This document shows positions 13,308 through 26,290 of a stretch of DNA of 64,000 nucleotides, piece after piece. The stretch comes from Gnetum montanum (taxonomy: Eukaryota > Plantae > Gnetophyta), in contig MNCI01002597.1 in NCBI GenBank assembly GCA_015680685.1, positions 408,344-472,343 on the forward strand, read 5' to 3'. The translations under genes were made by a program, and so were the position numbers. A model generated the notes under the pieces. The model did no database searches and was not told where the DNA came from. It saw only the letters and a program-made list of their open reading frames with translations. Each line of letters begins with the position of its first letter. Position 1 is the stretch's first letter.

Positions 13308-15705
13308 TCTTTTTCCCCACTTTTTTTGCACTATGCTTTTACAAACTCTAAACTTTTGCTTTCATATACTAAACTTCTCTTTACTTTCTTTTATTTCCTC
13401 CCCTCGTTTATTTTCATTCTCTCTATATTCAACATTAGTGAGGTTAAACAAATGTCTCTTCCCTGATGCACTAAGGAAGTGTTGAGTGTAGAGTGATGTA
13501 AGGAGTGTGAAATTTGCATATGAGTGAGGTAAGGGAGAGGTTAGCTTTCAAGATCTAGCCATATTTCACTTCTACAAGACAGCATCCTACCATTGGTGTA
13601 TTGATAATGTTCCTAACATTCTTTCCCTACTTTTTATTACTCTCTCTTTTTTTCTTTCTGCTATCTCCTTTTCTTTCTCTATTCCCTTTTCTTTTCCTAC
13701 TCTACATTGGTGAGGACAAATGAGTTTCTTTGCTTTAGTCTAGTAAGAATGTGATTGATAAAATTGAGTGAGTTGGGAAGTGCCATATCTACATTTTTTT
13801 ATGCTTTCTAGGATCTAGCCATGGGTCACTTTTGTGGCATTACACTCCATCGTAGGTTTATCAACAATGTTCTAGATTTTCTTTCCTATCATCCCACTTC
13901 ATCTAATCCTCTTGTAGGTATCAGCTCATGTCTTTTTTTTTATTTATGGATTCTCCTTTAGCTCTTTGGTAGTATCCATCAAGAGGAGACAATGTTATAT
14001 CTACTTTGGCCTTTTCCTACATAATTCAAAGACTTGGTTACATTCTAGAACTTTTCAACACTTAACAACCTCTTTAGTAGTCTAGATTCAATGGCTTACC
14101 TCATCTACAACATAGTTTTTGGATTTCTATCTCTAGCTTGTCATAAATAAAATTTCACATTATCAGTAGTGTCATTTTGGCTCTTCTTCTAGTTTTGATA
14201 TTAGATGTTAGCTTCAACATTGATTTTGTCTCCAACTTTTGATGTCTAATGTTATATCTACTTTTAATGTCTAGCATCAAGTCCTTCATTTGCAACACAT
14301 CAGCTCTTCGATGTTCAACATTGATCTTACATTTGACATTTGATATAAAGCTTTCATATCTATACATTTATTCTCCTATTTAGAAGCTTCTAGAATGTTT
14401 TGGAAGATTTTTTGGATCCTACTACATCATTTCTATGCAATATACAAGGCATTTTTAGCCTATAAATGGTAGGATACTCCTAAACAAAAAGGGGTAGACG
14501 ATATGTCAATTTTTGCTTCATCAAGCTCTTGGAGATTTGCTCAGTATTTCTAGCTATCTCTGCTACTCAACATAGTTAACATTTTTTATGAAAGGTGATT
14601 TGAAAATTTCTCTTCAAAGGCACTACCTTTCCATAAAATAACTACTTTTCTCTATTAATTTTTTTGTTGATGCATTATATCCCCTTCATGTTAACCTCTT
14701 GACATATGGAGAAATCATTTGAAATCAGTTTAATACATTGATATGATCTTTCTCTTTGCTTCATCTATTGTTGGATCTGCTACTTTTCTCAATAGATCGA
14801 CATTAAGTGCATGCATCATAGTAAGAATGAGGTAACATAGCTCCTCGGAAAATGTCTCTAATCTATAGCACATATTCCAGAACACCTTTTAGTAGGTTCC
14901 TTCTATTACTTGCTTTGTAATTTGGGTCTACTCCTTTTCAATTTTTCTATTCCTAGGTTTTTATCTAGATCTTCTTTAGCTCTATTTCTAGCATTTTCCT
15001 TTTGGGTTTATCTTTATCTAAATCTGTCTAATTTTATATAATTTTTCTATTACCAACCACAAATATACTCATTCATCTTTCTCATGCTTTTTAGTACTCT
15101 ATTCCATCTCACTTTACGTTATATATCTTTTTCTACTTGTTTTCTATTGGCTATTTGACATACATGTTTCTTCTTTTGCTTGTGATTTTCTAACATTTAT
15201 AAAAACATTCATCCTAGATTGTTTGATTGTTTCCATAATCTACAAGTCCCTTTCAATTTGAGGAAAATTATTTGAAAGTTTAGTTTTCTTAGACTATTAG
15301 ATGGCCATGAGATTTCCTAGCTTAATTTCGTGTTAGGTTGTGTTAGATTCTATTATTACAACGATTCCTACTGCAATACTATCTAATTGGGTTAAGTGTC
15401 TAGATGCTAATGGAATTTTGTCATTCTTGGTTTTCATTCATTAAATTCAAGTTAGGAATGATTGATGCTATATAATTTAATTGTATTTAGCCTTGCTTGA
15501 ATATCATGAATGGATTTCATTAGGGGCTAAGTTATTTACATATTATAGAATATTAGCTATATGGAGTAGTTGAATGATCTAGTATTTGTGATAGCAAAGA
15601 TTCTATGATATATAAGTGTTTGCATTTGATTACCCTCAACATGTATGGGTTACTATATTTGAGAAATTCAAAATACTAAAAAATGACTAAGTTAAAAATG
15701 AGGTG
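13308..15705 (+). repeat. LTR-like repeat unit, copy 2 (uninterrupted)
   Basis: Homologous to 8775-13307 once the inverted-LTR insert is removed; cctataaatgg at ~14459. Right boundary approximate. Confidence 0.65.
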
Positions 15706-16289
15706 TTAGGTTGCTTTCCATCATTGTAACATTCCCTTAGTTTTTTATTTGTTCACTTAGCATAATTTTTATTATTTTTTTAGCTTAACACTTTACTTTC
15801 TAAAGCACTTTACTTTACATGTTATTAGTAAGCAGTATGAATACAATTGGTTTCAAGCACTAAATCTAGTTATCTGGTAACCCAATAGTGGCATTGTTTG
15901 GTTCACCCAGTAGTAATTCCACTTGGTAATATTAGTGATAGCTACACAAGTCCAAGGCGTGAATGGTAGACCAAGACTAGATGTCTATTGCTTTAGGCTA
16001 AGATAGATTCATGTTTTCTTAGTAAAGTATACTTAGAATTTTATCTCTTATTCAACCATGTTTATGATTAGAAGCATTGAGGGCCTAAACAACATTAGTT
16101 ACTCATACATCTTACTAAGAGCTAAACTATACACTTGAACTTTACTAGCTCAAAGTAGAAAGAAAGCAATCTTAAACTTAACCTCAATTACTAACATAAT
16201 AACATTATCCATCTGTAAATTATGATTTCATCATGCCCTACCACTTGTGACTTGTATGGTAGAGTGTTGGGATACTCCATCACTCATCA
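15706..16289 (+). repeat. 5' LTR of A2, 5'-truncated
   Basis: Direct repeat of ~50675-51250 (shared ttactttctaaagcactttactttacatgttatta); ends cactcatca. Confidence 0.85.
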
Positions 16290-16308
16290 TTGGCACTGTT
16301 TCCATGGA
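16290..16308 (+). other. Primer binding site, decayed tRNA-Asp type
   Basis: ttggcactgtttccatgga directly after the LTR; resembles the Athila PBS TGGCGCCGTTGCCGGGGA with CpG decay and a few other changes. Confidence 0.65.
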
Positions 16309-16434
16309 TGTGCTAATATATGCTAAATAATTGATTTTACAAAGTTCATTGTATCAAGAACTAAAAAGTTAATTTTTATAATCTTTAAATAATTATAATA
16401 AAAAACATACATAAGTGAGCATCACATTTATAAC

Positions 16435-19400
16435 ATGGCTTCAACTAAGGAAAAACTATCACTTGTCAAAAAGATACAAAGGGATAATGATAGAATAAAT
16501 GACGATGAATACTGGAGTATGCCTATGTAGACAAGAATCTCATAAACTCACACTGATCCTTACTATCCTAATTTCACATTCATATTTTACCAAGATGGGC
16601 ATTTAAGGTGGAAAGACCTATAGGGTAATATCGTTTTACCTCTAGAGGGTTCAACACCCATCATGCTTCAGATAGCTTTAAGGAAAATGAATCTGAGCCA
16701 TGTCCAAGAAGGATATCATGTGACCAAACACATGACAAGACCCTACCAACCTAGAAAGGCACAAGTATGATGAGATGCTACTATAGAAACCAAACATGTT
16801 CATAACAAAGGAAAGTAGGTTAACTCTCCTATTATCTTGGAAGAACTTAATGACAATGCATTTGTAGCAGAGAAACTCCACCAAGATCATGAAGTCTATT
16901 CCCAAATATCTATTATTCGTCTAGAAGAACCTATAAAGATGCAACTACATTCAACCTTAGCAGAGACACCAAGAAGAGAAGAAAAAGACTCTAAGTACAA
17001 GCAAGACTCATGGCCAAGAGCTTCTACTGGATCACAAAGGTAAGAATACCAAAGTCATATAAGAAGAACTAGCTGGCATCGTCCTTCCACTACTTCATCT
17101 TCATCCTCATGATCACCAATGGACTTTGACTAGTGGAAACAAAGGCATAGAGATCATGATAGGGAAGGATGTTAGACTCATGGTCAACATGAATATCTCC
17201 CAATACACTTTGATGAAGAAGATGAAGAGCATGAACCATGAAGAAACATGGATAGACATGCAGAGAGAGAGAGAGAGAGAGATAGGAGTATCAAAGGTGG
17301 CACTACTATAATCGAGCATATGAACCCTACAATCATGATGAACCTCTATTGGCAACTTGCAACATGATAAACATAGGGAAAGCTATATACATTTCAACTA
17401 AGCATGTGAGAGATAGCCACATCAAGTGACTTGATATAAATAGTATGCCTAAGTTTGAAGGTGGGTGGCATGCAAATCCACAACATCACCTTCAAGCCTT
17501 TCATGATGCTTATGACCTATATAGAAAGTAACTAGCAAAAAACTTAAGTTGTTCCCTCAGACACATCAAGGAGAAAGAAAGTTGGTATAGATCATTAGAA
17601 CTTGAATTAATCAGAAGGTGGAGTATCATGCTTAAACTTTTCAATAAAAAATACCAAATCTACTCCTAGGTTTGAATCTTAGGAAGTAGATCGAGGGCTA
17701 GAAGCAAGGAATCCATGAATTCCTTAATGTAGTAATGGGTAAATACTATTCGCTTCTGCATAGGTACCCAGGCCATGGATTTTCTCAAAGGAAGTAGCTT
17801 AGACATATTGTTGATTGGCTAAGGAATAAAACTAGGAAAACCCTTGGGATTTATACCAAAGGTACATTATTTGAAATGACCACCAACAAATTCAAAGAAT
17901 AATTAACTAAATGGTGAAGGAAGAAGGTGAGTTGAAGAAGAGAGAATTAATTAAGGAGTATAATAAATATCCATCTATTTGAAAAAGAGATGTACAAGTA
18001 TGTGCTAAGAATGAGGAAGAAACCTTGGAGGAGGTGATACAGAAAAAGACTCTACCAATCCAAAAGTTAGTTAATTACATAGCCACCATGGTAGAAAAGA
18101 TGTGTGATTCGATGGATGAGAAATTTGCTACAACTTTGAAAATCATAAAAGAAAGAATTGAACAAGCCTTTAGTAAGGGCAAGGAGAATAAGAAGAGCAA
18201 AGACTATGGACAAAAAGGAAAAGTTGCTTCAATGGTAGAATGTCTTGATATAAGCTCAAATAATAAGAAAGGATGTATAGTGTGCTAGTATGAACATCCT
18301 AAGGGGTGTTGTCCTGTAATGGCACATTTGCAAAAAACAAGGGCATATGCACTTAATCCAAGATCCATCAAAAAGAAAATGCCAAAATAATTACCTTACC
18401 ATCAAGGTAACTATTGATAGACCTTTCAACTAACCTACTATCCTATTGGAGGTTACCCATAGCCACAAGAGTAGTACCATCAATAGTAGTAGTAATCACA
18501 ATCATGGGCAATGCTACCACCAAGATAGCAGTATTCATATTAGTAACCATACCCTTATGGATACTATTTCTGATACTATCTTCAAGTAATGTAGTAGTTC
18601 AAAATTCATAGTACTATCCATCAAAATACTATAGACCAACACCTCCAAGGATGGATTCTAACCCGTATGTGTATCAATAAGAAACTGGCTTGTTGAGTCA
18701 ACCTTGTAACCCTCTACCACCTCTACCACCGTCTGAAATGTAGGGAGAATTGCCACCATAGCCATAGTAGAAAAGTGCAACAAGGGCAGTGAATATACAA
18801 AGAGAGGATCATACTAGCAATGTTAAAGGAAAAAATGAAAAAATGTCATTTCTTTAGGACATGTCCCAAAAAGGCTGGTAGAGTTAGGGCTTCATTGAAT
18901 CATGTTTCTTATACACCGAATCTTCCTACAAACACTATGCTTCCATCACAACCAGCTCAAATATTGAAAACTATCATGTTAACTAAGATAGTAATAGAAT
19001 GGATTAAGGTAGGACCACTTCCTAAGAAAAGAATTAATCCAAGAATTTCTCTAAATTATTTACAATTAGCTAAAAATTTGCCATGCAAGGCTCTACTCGA
19101 TTTAGGTTCCAGAGTAAATTTGATCTCTTAAGAAACATACAAGGCATGGAACCTAGCACCATTATAGAAGTGCAACATAAGGTTAGAGTTAGCAGATTAA
19201 TCTATCACCATTCCTTTGGGATAGATAGAAGATGTGGTGACCACTATCGATGGGTGGTCTTATCTAGTATATTTTCTTATAATTGACATGAAAAATGATA
19301 ATAGGAAATTTCCTACCATTACAGGGAGAGCATGACTTAGCACTATGGATGCCAAGTTAAGAATGAGAGACTTATCTATTGAAATTTCTAAGGAAGATAA

Positions 19401-19923
19401 GAAAGGAGCCATACATACACAAAGGATTTCATGCATTAATAATGATAAAGAATGGTGCAGTTGTGGATCAAAAGTTCAAAATGTCAACACAATGCTTACA
19501 CTAGCCCACAAGAGATGTGAGAAACAAGTGTATGAATAAAAAGAAACATGGATCACTAAACAAAAAGACACCTAGTGGCTAAAACCTAAGAACCTAAAAT
19601 TGTCCAAAACATGCATGGAAACATTTGACCCACTTATTAACTCCTATTCTAAGAAAATGATCCAAACTAAGAGCTCACAAAAGAAGATCTTAAACCATAA
19701 TCATACACCAGTAGATAGAGGAAATAAGGACTTAGAATTTGAATTTAGGAATAAAAAAGGAAGTATAGTTGGACTTTATGAGATGGAAAGATCATCTAGT
19801 CCAATAGGATATATGTCCTTAGATGATCAAACTTCAATTATCATCAAGATTACATGGGATGATAATCGAAAAACTAAGTCACTAAGGATGGTAAGTGAAA
19901 AACCTATAGAGTGTATGATCTAG
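16435..19923 (+). pseudogene. gag: Degenerate gag-protease of A2
   Basis: MPKFEGGWHANPQHHLQAFHDA and KLKLFPQT (gag core, ~17445-17570); CIVC*YEHPKGCC knuckle (~18274); CKALLDLGSRVNLIS...LELAD*SITIPLG*IEDV...ITGRA*L (aspartic protease, 19084-19345). Confidence 0.85.
17262..17282. repeat. (AG)n microsatellite
   Basis: About 10 consecutive AG units inside the gag region. Confidence 0.9.
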
Positions 19924-22146
19924 GGGATCTAGCATATATTTTTCAAATACTCACCCATGAATTCAATCATGGGGGAGATATCTTATCTTGATCTAGGAAT
20001 TAACAAGTGCTTTTCAACTTTTTATTTTCAAACTCTTTTTGGTTTCTAATTTCTTGTCATACATTTTTATATTTTTTTTTACCAATTTTCCTATTCTTTG
20101 ATACTTTTAAATTCTTTTCACAAATTTTCATTCTTACTATCATTGCAATTCTTGATATCTTTTACAATTTTTTCTATAATTTGCCATTATTTTTTCTTGT
20201 ACATATTTTTGTTAATTTCTCAATCAAATATAAGTAATAAAGCAAGATGTAGTCAAAATAAGGTGAAGATTTCTCTATATTATCAAATCATAAGGGACTA
20301 ATTTTCTATACAGTGAGACCACAACATCCATTCACCCATTCCAATAATAAGAGGTTCTTACCATAGTCATAATAATATTTTTCTCATAATAAAAGTAAAA
20401 GTATGAATAAACCTATGGTCATTATGCCTTGACAAAAGAGTGAAGAACCAAGTGGGAATGCAACAGGTGTGACATCAAGGGGATTTGTGGATTCTCTTGG
20501 ATAATTGCTATGAGTTATATCCTATTACTAAGGATGCATTATATCCTTGTAGATCTAACAAAAAATGGAAGAGTATAATAAGTGCTACCTTATCATGTCC
20601 CTGGAAAGACATATTATCCATGCCTAAAGGTAGTCCTCTGGTAACGTTAACATAGCCAAAAATAAAATCCATGTACAAACTAAATTTCTAGGGGTCCCAC
20701 TAGAAAGACATGTTACCCATGCTTGAAGGTAGATAGCTTATCAGGAATCTAAAAAATAAAAAAGTGCAATGAATAAAGTCCTCCATTGAACAATACGCCA
20801 AGTGGTAATACTCCTTGCAATTGTGGTAGTCTTATGGTTGTGAATCCTAGATATGAAACAATATGATGTCACTGGAAGTGGTTTGGACTTGGTTTCAATT
20901 TTGGAAAGAAGGGCTAATGATTACCTTAACCACAAGTCACACCCAAGGATTCATTATGCCTATGGTAAGATACCTCACATCCTCATTTCAACAATTCCTT
21001 CTATAGTCCATCTCACTTCATTATATATTTAATCATAAATTATGGTTTCATATAATATAGTGTTATTTTCCTAATCTAGCGATACTAACATGTGTGTTTT
21101 GCCAAATAGGTAAGTCTTACATTCAATTCCTTGAGTGCCTACGAACACTTTCAGGCATGATAATATTAGGGCACTAAGAGCTAAAGCCTACTTTAGGGAG
21201 GATCCACTGGTATAACTCTTGGATTTCATACTTGGCAAGAAATTTCACATCATCTTGTGCCTTTTGAAATCATCAAGATTCAATAAATACTTTCCATATC
21301 ATCAAATAATTTGTCCATACATTCAAAATTCATAATCCATCTCCTATCCATTCAATAAACTTTTGTTGCCCAAGATTCCTTCCATAAGAACTTTGAATGC
21401 CAAATTTTCAAAAATTATGCATCATTAATGATCCAAGATCCTCTAGACAAGCTTCACATCTTCCAAACATTCCATACTCATTTATTCCCAAAAAAATTAA
21501 TGAAAAATTTGAAATTTTTGATGGTGACATTAGAGTGCCTACAATGTTGTATCTATGACATGTCATCTACAATTTTTCACATATAAAAATAGTATATATA
21601 TGCATAGGAGTTAGTGAAATTTTTCACTTCTTCATTTTGCAACAAGAGTTTTTGTAATTTTTTTCTCAAATCTCTTACACACTAGCTTCCAAAGGCCATA
21701 ACTTCATCCTTGTAGCTTCCATTTTCAAAATTCTTGAACCTTGTTGATCCCAGAGTGCTCAACTTAGTCATGGGGGGTGCATTGTGCAATACAATAAAAA
21801 TTTAAGCCAAAAATTCCTAACTCCCAAAAGATACCATAAAGGGTAAGTATAAGAAGATAATAAGAACGTTATAGGTAATCAATCAAACTTAGGCAAGAAA
21901 GACTTAATAATCCTTCTAATGGACCATACCAACTATTTTATGTCATAATAAGTACAAAAATAATAACTATGGAAGGTCAGAAGTAACTAATGATATAACA
22001 CCTAAGGTGTTCTTTTTTGAAACTTTTTCTACCTATGCAATCATAATACGATAAGAACTTGATCTAACCAAGGATATGAGAAAGATAAAGCACTATTAAG
22101 AGCTAATGTAAACACTTTAATAATTTCAAACCCTTGTTGATTTTGG

Positions 22147-24918
22147 ATGGTTCCAAAGAGACCAATAACTAAAGGACCTTTCCAACATGGGAGCAAAAGA
22201 CTAAGAGGTCATGGAAGAGGCTGAGTGGAAGAACAAACTCCCCAAGTAGAACATGTAGAGCAAGAGGCCCAATCATAAAGCATCCATTAACAAAATCCTA
22301 CCACTAAGTGCTCAACCCAAGAAGAGGTAGAAATTCAACCAATGCTTGAATAAGGAAAGCATCTCACACTATCACCAGAATGCCTCTAGACCATACAATA
22401 AAAATCCATCAACTTTGGTCCTTTTATGGAATTTGCTCCAAAATTAGTGAAGATGCAACTCTAAGCATCTCCTTTATGGCCTACATTATTCAACAGTGGT
22501 GAATGACACTTAGGAGAAATGTACCAATTTTTTCAAAACAAATAGGTTGATGCAATAGTCAAAATCAAAGTAGTCTTTGTACCTTACTTAATGGAGGCAA
22601 TTGCCAAGGGCCTCAACATCCCAAATGAAGGGGCAAATGTGACACAAATCTCAATAAGATTTAACAGTAATGTAAAAAGGTTGTGGTTTCATAGGTATAT
22701 CATAAAGTAGATAAAGATTATAGTGAGCTCATAACTAAAGAAAAGAGATACTTTAAAATTAACACCTACCATTTGTTTTTGACAAAGAGGCCCAATAGAA
22801 TATTAGCATATATGGCTAGAGGAAGTGCCATTCTTCTAGGAAAATTTAATGCTAACATTGTCCATCTATTCTTTGTTAAGATTCAAAAATGGTTTGAAGA
22901 AAAGAAGGTAGGAAAGCTAACACTTCCATTCCCTTGCCTCATTAGGAAGCTGTGTAAGCAAGATGGAATCCTAGGGTACACAAATGATGTCCTTGGAAAG
23001 ACCTAGGATTCTTTGGATGTAGAAATGTTCAAGTTGGTGCCACCAAAGGACCAAGTAGAAAAACCAACATGTATTGAGGGAGCTATAGGTACCACTCTTA
23101 CTTGTAGCATTCTAGCTACTAGTTAGAAACAACAAGAAGGACTTAGTAATCAAACAAAAATGAAACAAAAACAACAACAATAATAGTAACAACAAGTTCC
23201 ACTACCACCACAGGACTACAAATTGTGTATGAACCAATTGTAGAAAATTACAAAAATAATAAATTGAGGAACAAGGAAGGGGGTAATTTGTATAAAATGA
23301 GAGAGAGATCTGCAATATCTACCATATCGATAGATCCAACCAGTGGGCAAGTATCACTACAAATAGGAGGAGAGGATGATTGGGCATAACAGATCTTAGG
23401 GAATGCCCCATTATTCCAAGTTATGCTAGAAATAGTTGAAGGAGCCATAATTGTGATTATGTAGTACTAAGATGCAGCAGGAGCAACTGAAGTTATAATA
23501 GATCACATCAAAAAATTATTTAATATTCCTGTTATGCCACTAGTTGATATTTCTAGAGCAAGAGATGCTCAAATGCTTGTTGGTACCTCAATGATTCCTA
23601 TAGGGTATGAAAGTATACTAGATAGACTATTGTAGATAGGAAAATTCATGCAAAATATTTTTAATATCCCCAATGATATCACTGTAGTTCAATTTGATTT
23701 GATCGCCATAAAGGGAAAGTTAGTCATGGCCAAAACCTAGGCTAAGCATGTAGAGAATGAAGTGTAAGGATTGTAAGAGGAGTTAGCCACCCTCAAAGTT
23801 GAAATAAGAGATCCAACATAATTCATAGCACTAGATCAACTTGAGATATTTAAAACTAACCACATGAGGCAATTGATTAACCATAATATGAGAAGAGAAA
23901 AAGAGAAGGAGAAGGTAGTGTGGGATGTATTTGTTAATGAAGCACAAACATATGCACATGTTAAAGGTCTCCTAGCCTTACACAAAGAAAATAGGCAATT
24001 AGCTATTGACAATGCTTGGTTGACAAATATAGAGAAGCAGTAGAATGTTCTTGAGGAGAACATCCAATGACTATGAGAATAACTGGTCCATGTCAACCAA
24101 CATATGAGTTGCTTAGTCTACAAAAGTAGAACCCTATCAATGGAAGAAGCCTACACCATTCATCATAAATTTGATATTAAAATCAGTACGTGGTAGAATG
24201 AGGCCAAGAAACATGAGTGATTGAAAGAGCATTTTAGAAACCAAGTGGGCATGTACAAATAAGTAAATGAGAAAGAGATCTAGATGACAAAGGCCAAAAT
24301 CAGTTCCATCTCTATGCAAAACCCAAATTGACAACCAATTCTAGATAGCCTTACTCATGTCCACTAGGCCAATGTGAAGAATAAAGACCTAAAAATAAAG
24401 TACCTAATAGAAGACATGGCATTAGCAAACCTCCAATATGCTAATCTAGCCATGTTAATAGTAGGAAGCCCAAGAATGAGCTAGAGTAGTAGGTAGTAGT
24501 AGTCTACACAATGAACGAGAAGAAATTTGCTAATATGAAAGATGTCCTACAAAAGATACATGTTGCAAATTCCAAACTCAAGATTGTCAAAGCTAGCTAT
24601 CAAGGATAGAAGAATGTAGCAACTAACCTAGCACATTGAATGTCAAGCTATTAAGAGCTAAGAAAGATGGCTAGAGCTTTTGAGGAAGAGAGGCAATAGT
24701 TTGCATTTTGGTATGTGAAGGCCAACCAAATGTTTCTGCAGCTACCATGCCCATGGAATGTACTTGCTCTAGAAAACATCGCTCAACAAGCATGGATGGT
24801 ACATGACCCAAGAACAAAGGAAGAAAAGCTTCAGGTACTTCTTAACAAATACCAATTCAAAAAGCCTAACAACAAAGGAAAGCAATGGATGGAAGAGCTG
24901 CCACCACTGGGAACCTGA
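22147..24918 (+). pseudogene. Degenerate extra ORF2 of A2 (plant-transposon-protein-like domain + coiled coil)
   Basis: MVPKR start; LTLPFPCLIRKLC motif; E/K/Q-rich heptad region; C-terminal LPCPWNVLALENIAQQAWMVHDPRTKEEKLQVLL. Collinear with 53758-56353 (-). Confidence 0.78.
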
Positions 24919-25134
24919 GCTACATCGAGCTACTTCAAGTTTAGTTTTGTTTCATCTTATCATGTAACTATGTCATAGTTTGTAAAGATAACACTACGAC
25001 ATTCTAGGTCATGTACAATCAAATCTATGTCCTAATTTTGTAAGGGACTCTACCCTCATTTTGTTTTGACACAAGGATAAGTTTCCATTTAATTAGGGGG
25101 TATGATAAAGTTAAGTTTTGTTGTGATACAATAT

Positions 25135-26236
25135 TGTACAAATGGATCTTATGGTTTTAGTATGCCAGAACATTAAAAAATGGAAAATAAGTTTGTTTAC
25201 TTGTCTGTGCGATTGTTGTGCTTGCAGGACAAGAACTTGGATTGGGCAAGGCTATGAACATGAAACGAAGGATTCATAATGCAAAGAAAGATGAAGAAAG
25301 AAATCTTTGGAAAGCAACAAATGGCTTGGCATATTTGGAATCAACTCAAAGAAAATTTAGAAAGACATCTTTAAAAATAGCAAGATGTCTTTCCCCAGTC
25401 AAAGATGTCTTTCATGAGGCAAATACATATTTACAAAATGCAGACCAAATAAAAAAAGATGCCTTCCATTGAGCAAAGACATCTTCCAAGATGAAGACAT
25501 CAGAAAGATGTCTTTTAGAAAATAAATATTTCTTTCTAGATTTGAAGGCAAATTCAAAGAGACATCTCAGGTGCAAGAAAAACATCTCCCATGATAATTA
25601 TTAATCATTAGCTAGCTGTTGCATGAGTTTTGAGAAGGATTTACCAACATGGTAGCTATAAGCAGACTTGATGTGCCTTGGAAAAAGTGCAAGCATTATT
25701 GTATTCATTTTACAATCATTTGTAATCATTAAGTTCTCTATTGCTTCTTATTGTTGTATCATTTTGGCTTTGTAAAGTGTGTTGTACCTAACTATGTAAG
25801 GATCAACAAATTGAGTTGTAATTATTTCTTGTAATTCTTGTTCTTGTTACCTTGCAGGGTTGAGTTCTTTAAGCTTGTCAGGATCCTATGGAATTAAGTT
25901 GTTGATGCTACAATACAACACTCTGGTGTAGAGCTTAAGATTATAAAGGTTGTGGAAGCCTTGAAATCACATTTCCAAGCCTAATGGAACCTTATGAGGT
26001 TGAGTTATTGGTGCTATAGTACAAAACTTCAAAGTAGGGTTTAACAACTATACAGGGTGTGGATCCTTCAACCACATTTTGAGAGCAACAAAGTTCGGAG
26101 GTGTGCTTGCGATGTACCCTATGAGTGTGGAGCATCCACGTTGGGAAACGACGTAAATTTGTGTCTGTGCTTTATTTTATAAAGGTTCAATTTGGGGAAC
26201 ATATTCATTCCCCCACTCTAAGTTCTATGATCCACA
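25135..26236 (+). repeat. 5' LTR of the SIRE-like element
   Basis: 25895-26236 matches 30511-30765 plus 50308-50392. U3 has clustered aagacatct/aagatgtct motifs; TATA-like gctataag at ~25656; ~110 bp tandem duplication in U5. Confidence 0.88.
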
Positions 26237-26238
26237 AG

Positions 26239-26251
26239 TGGTATTGTAGCC
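26239..26251 (+). other. PBS, decayed tRNA-iMet type
   Basis: tggtattgtagcc, 2 nt after the LTR end, versus canonical TGGTATCAGAGC. Confidence 0.7.
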
Positions 26252-26290
26252 TCGTACTCTTTGTTTCATCATCAATTTCAATAGTGACCA

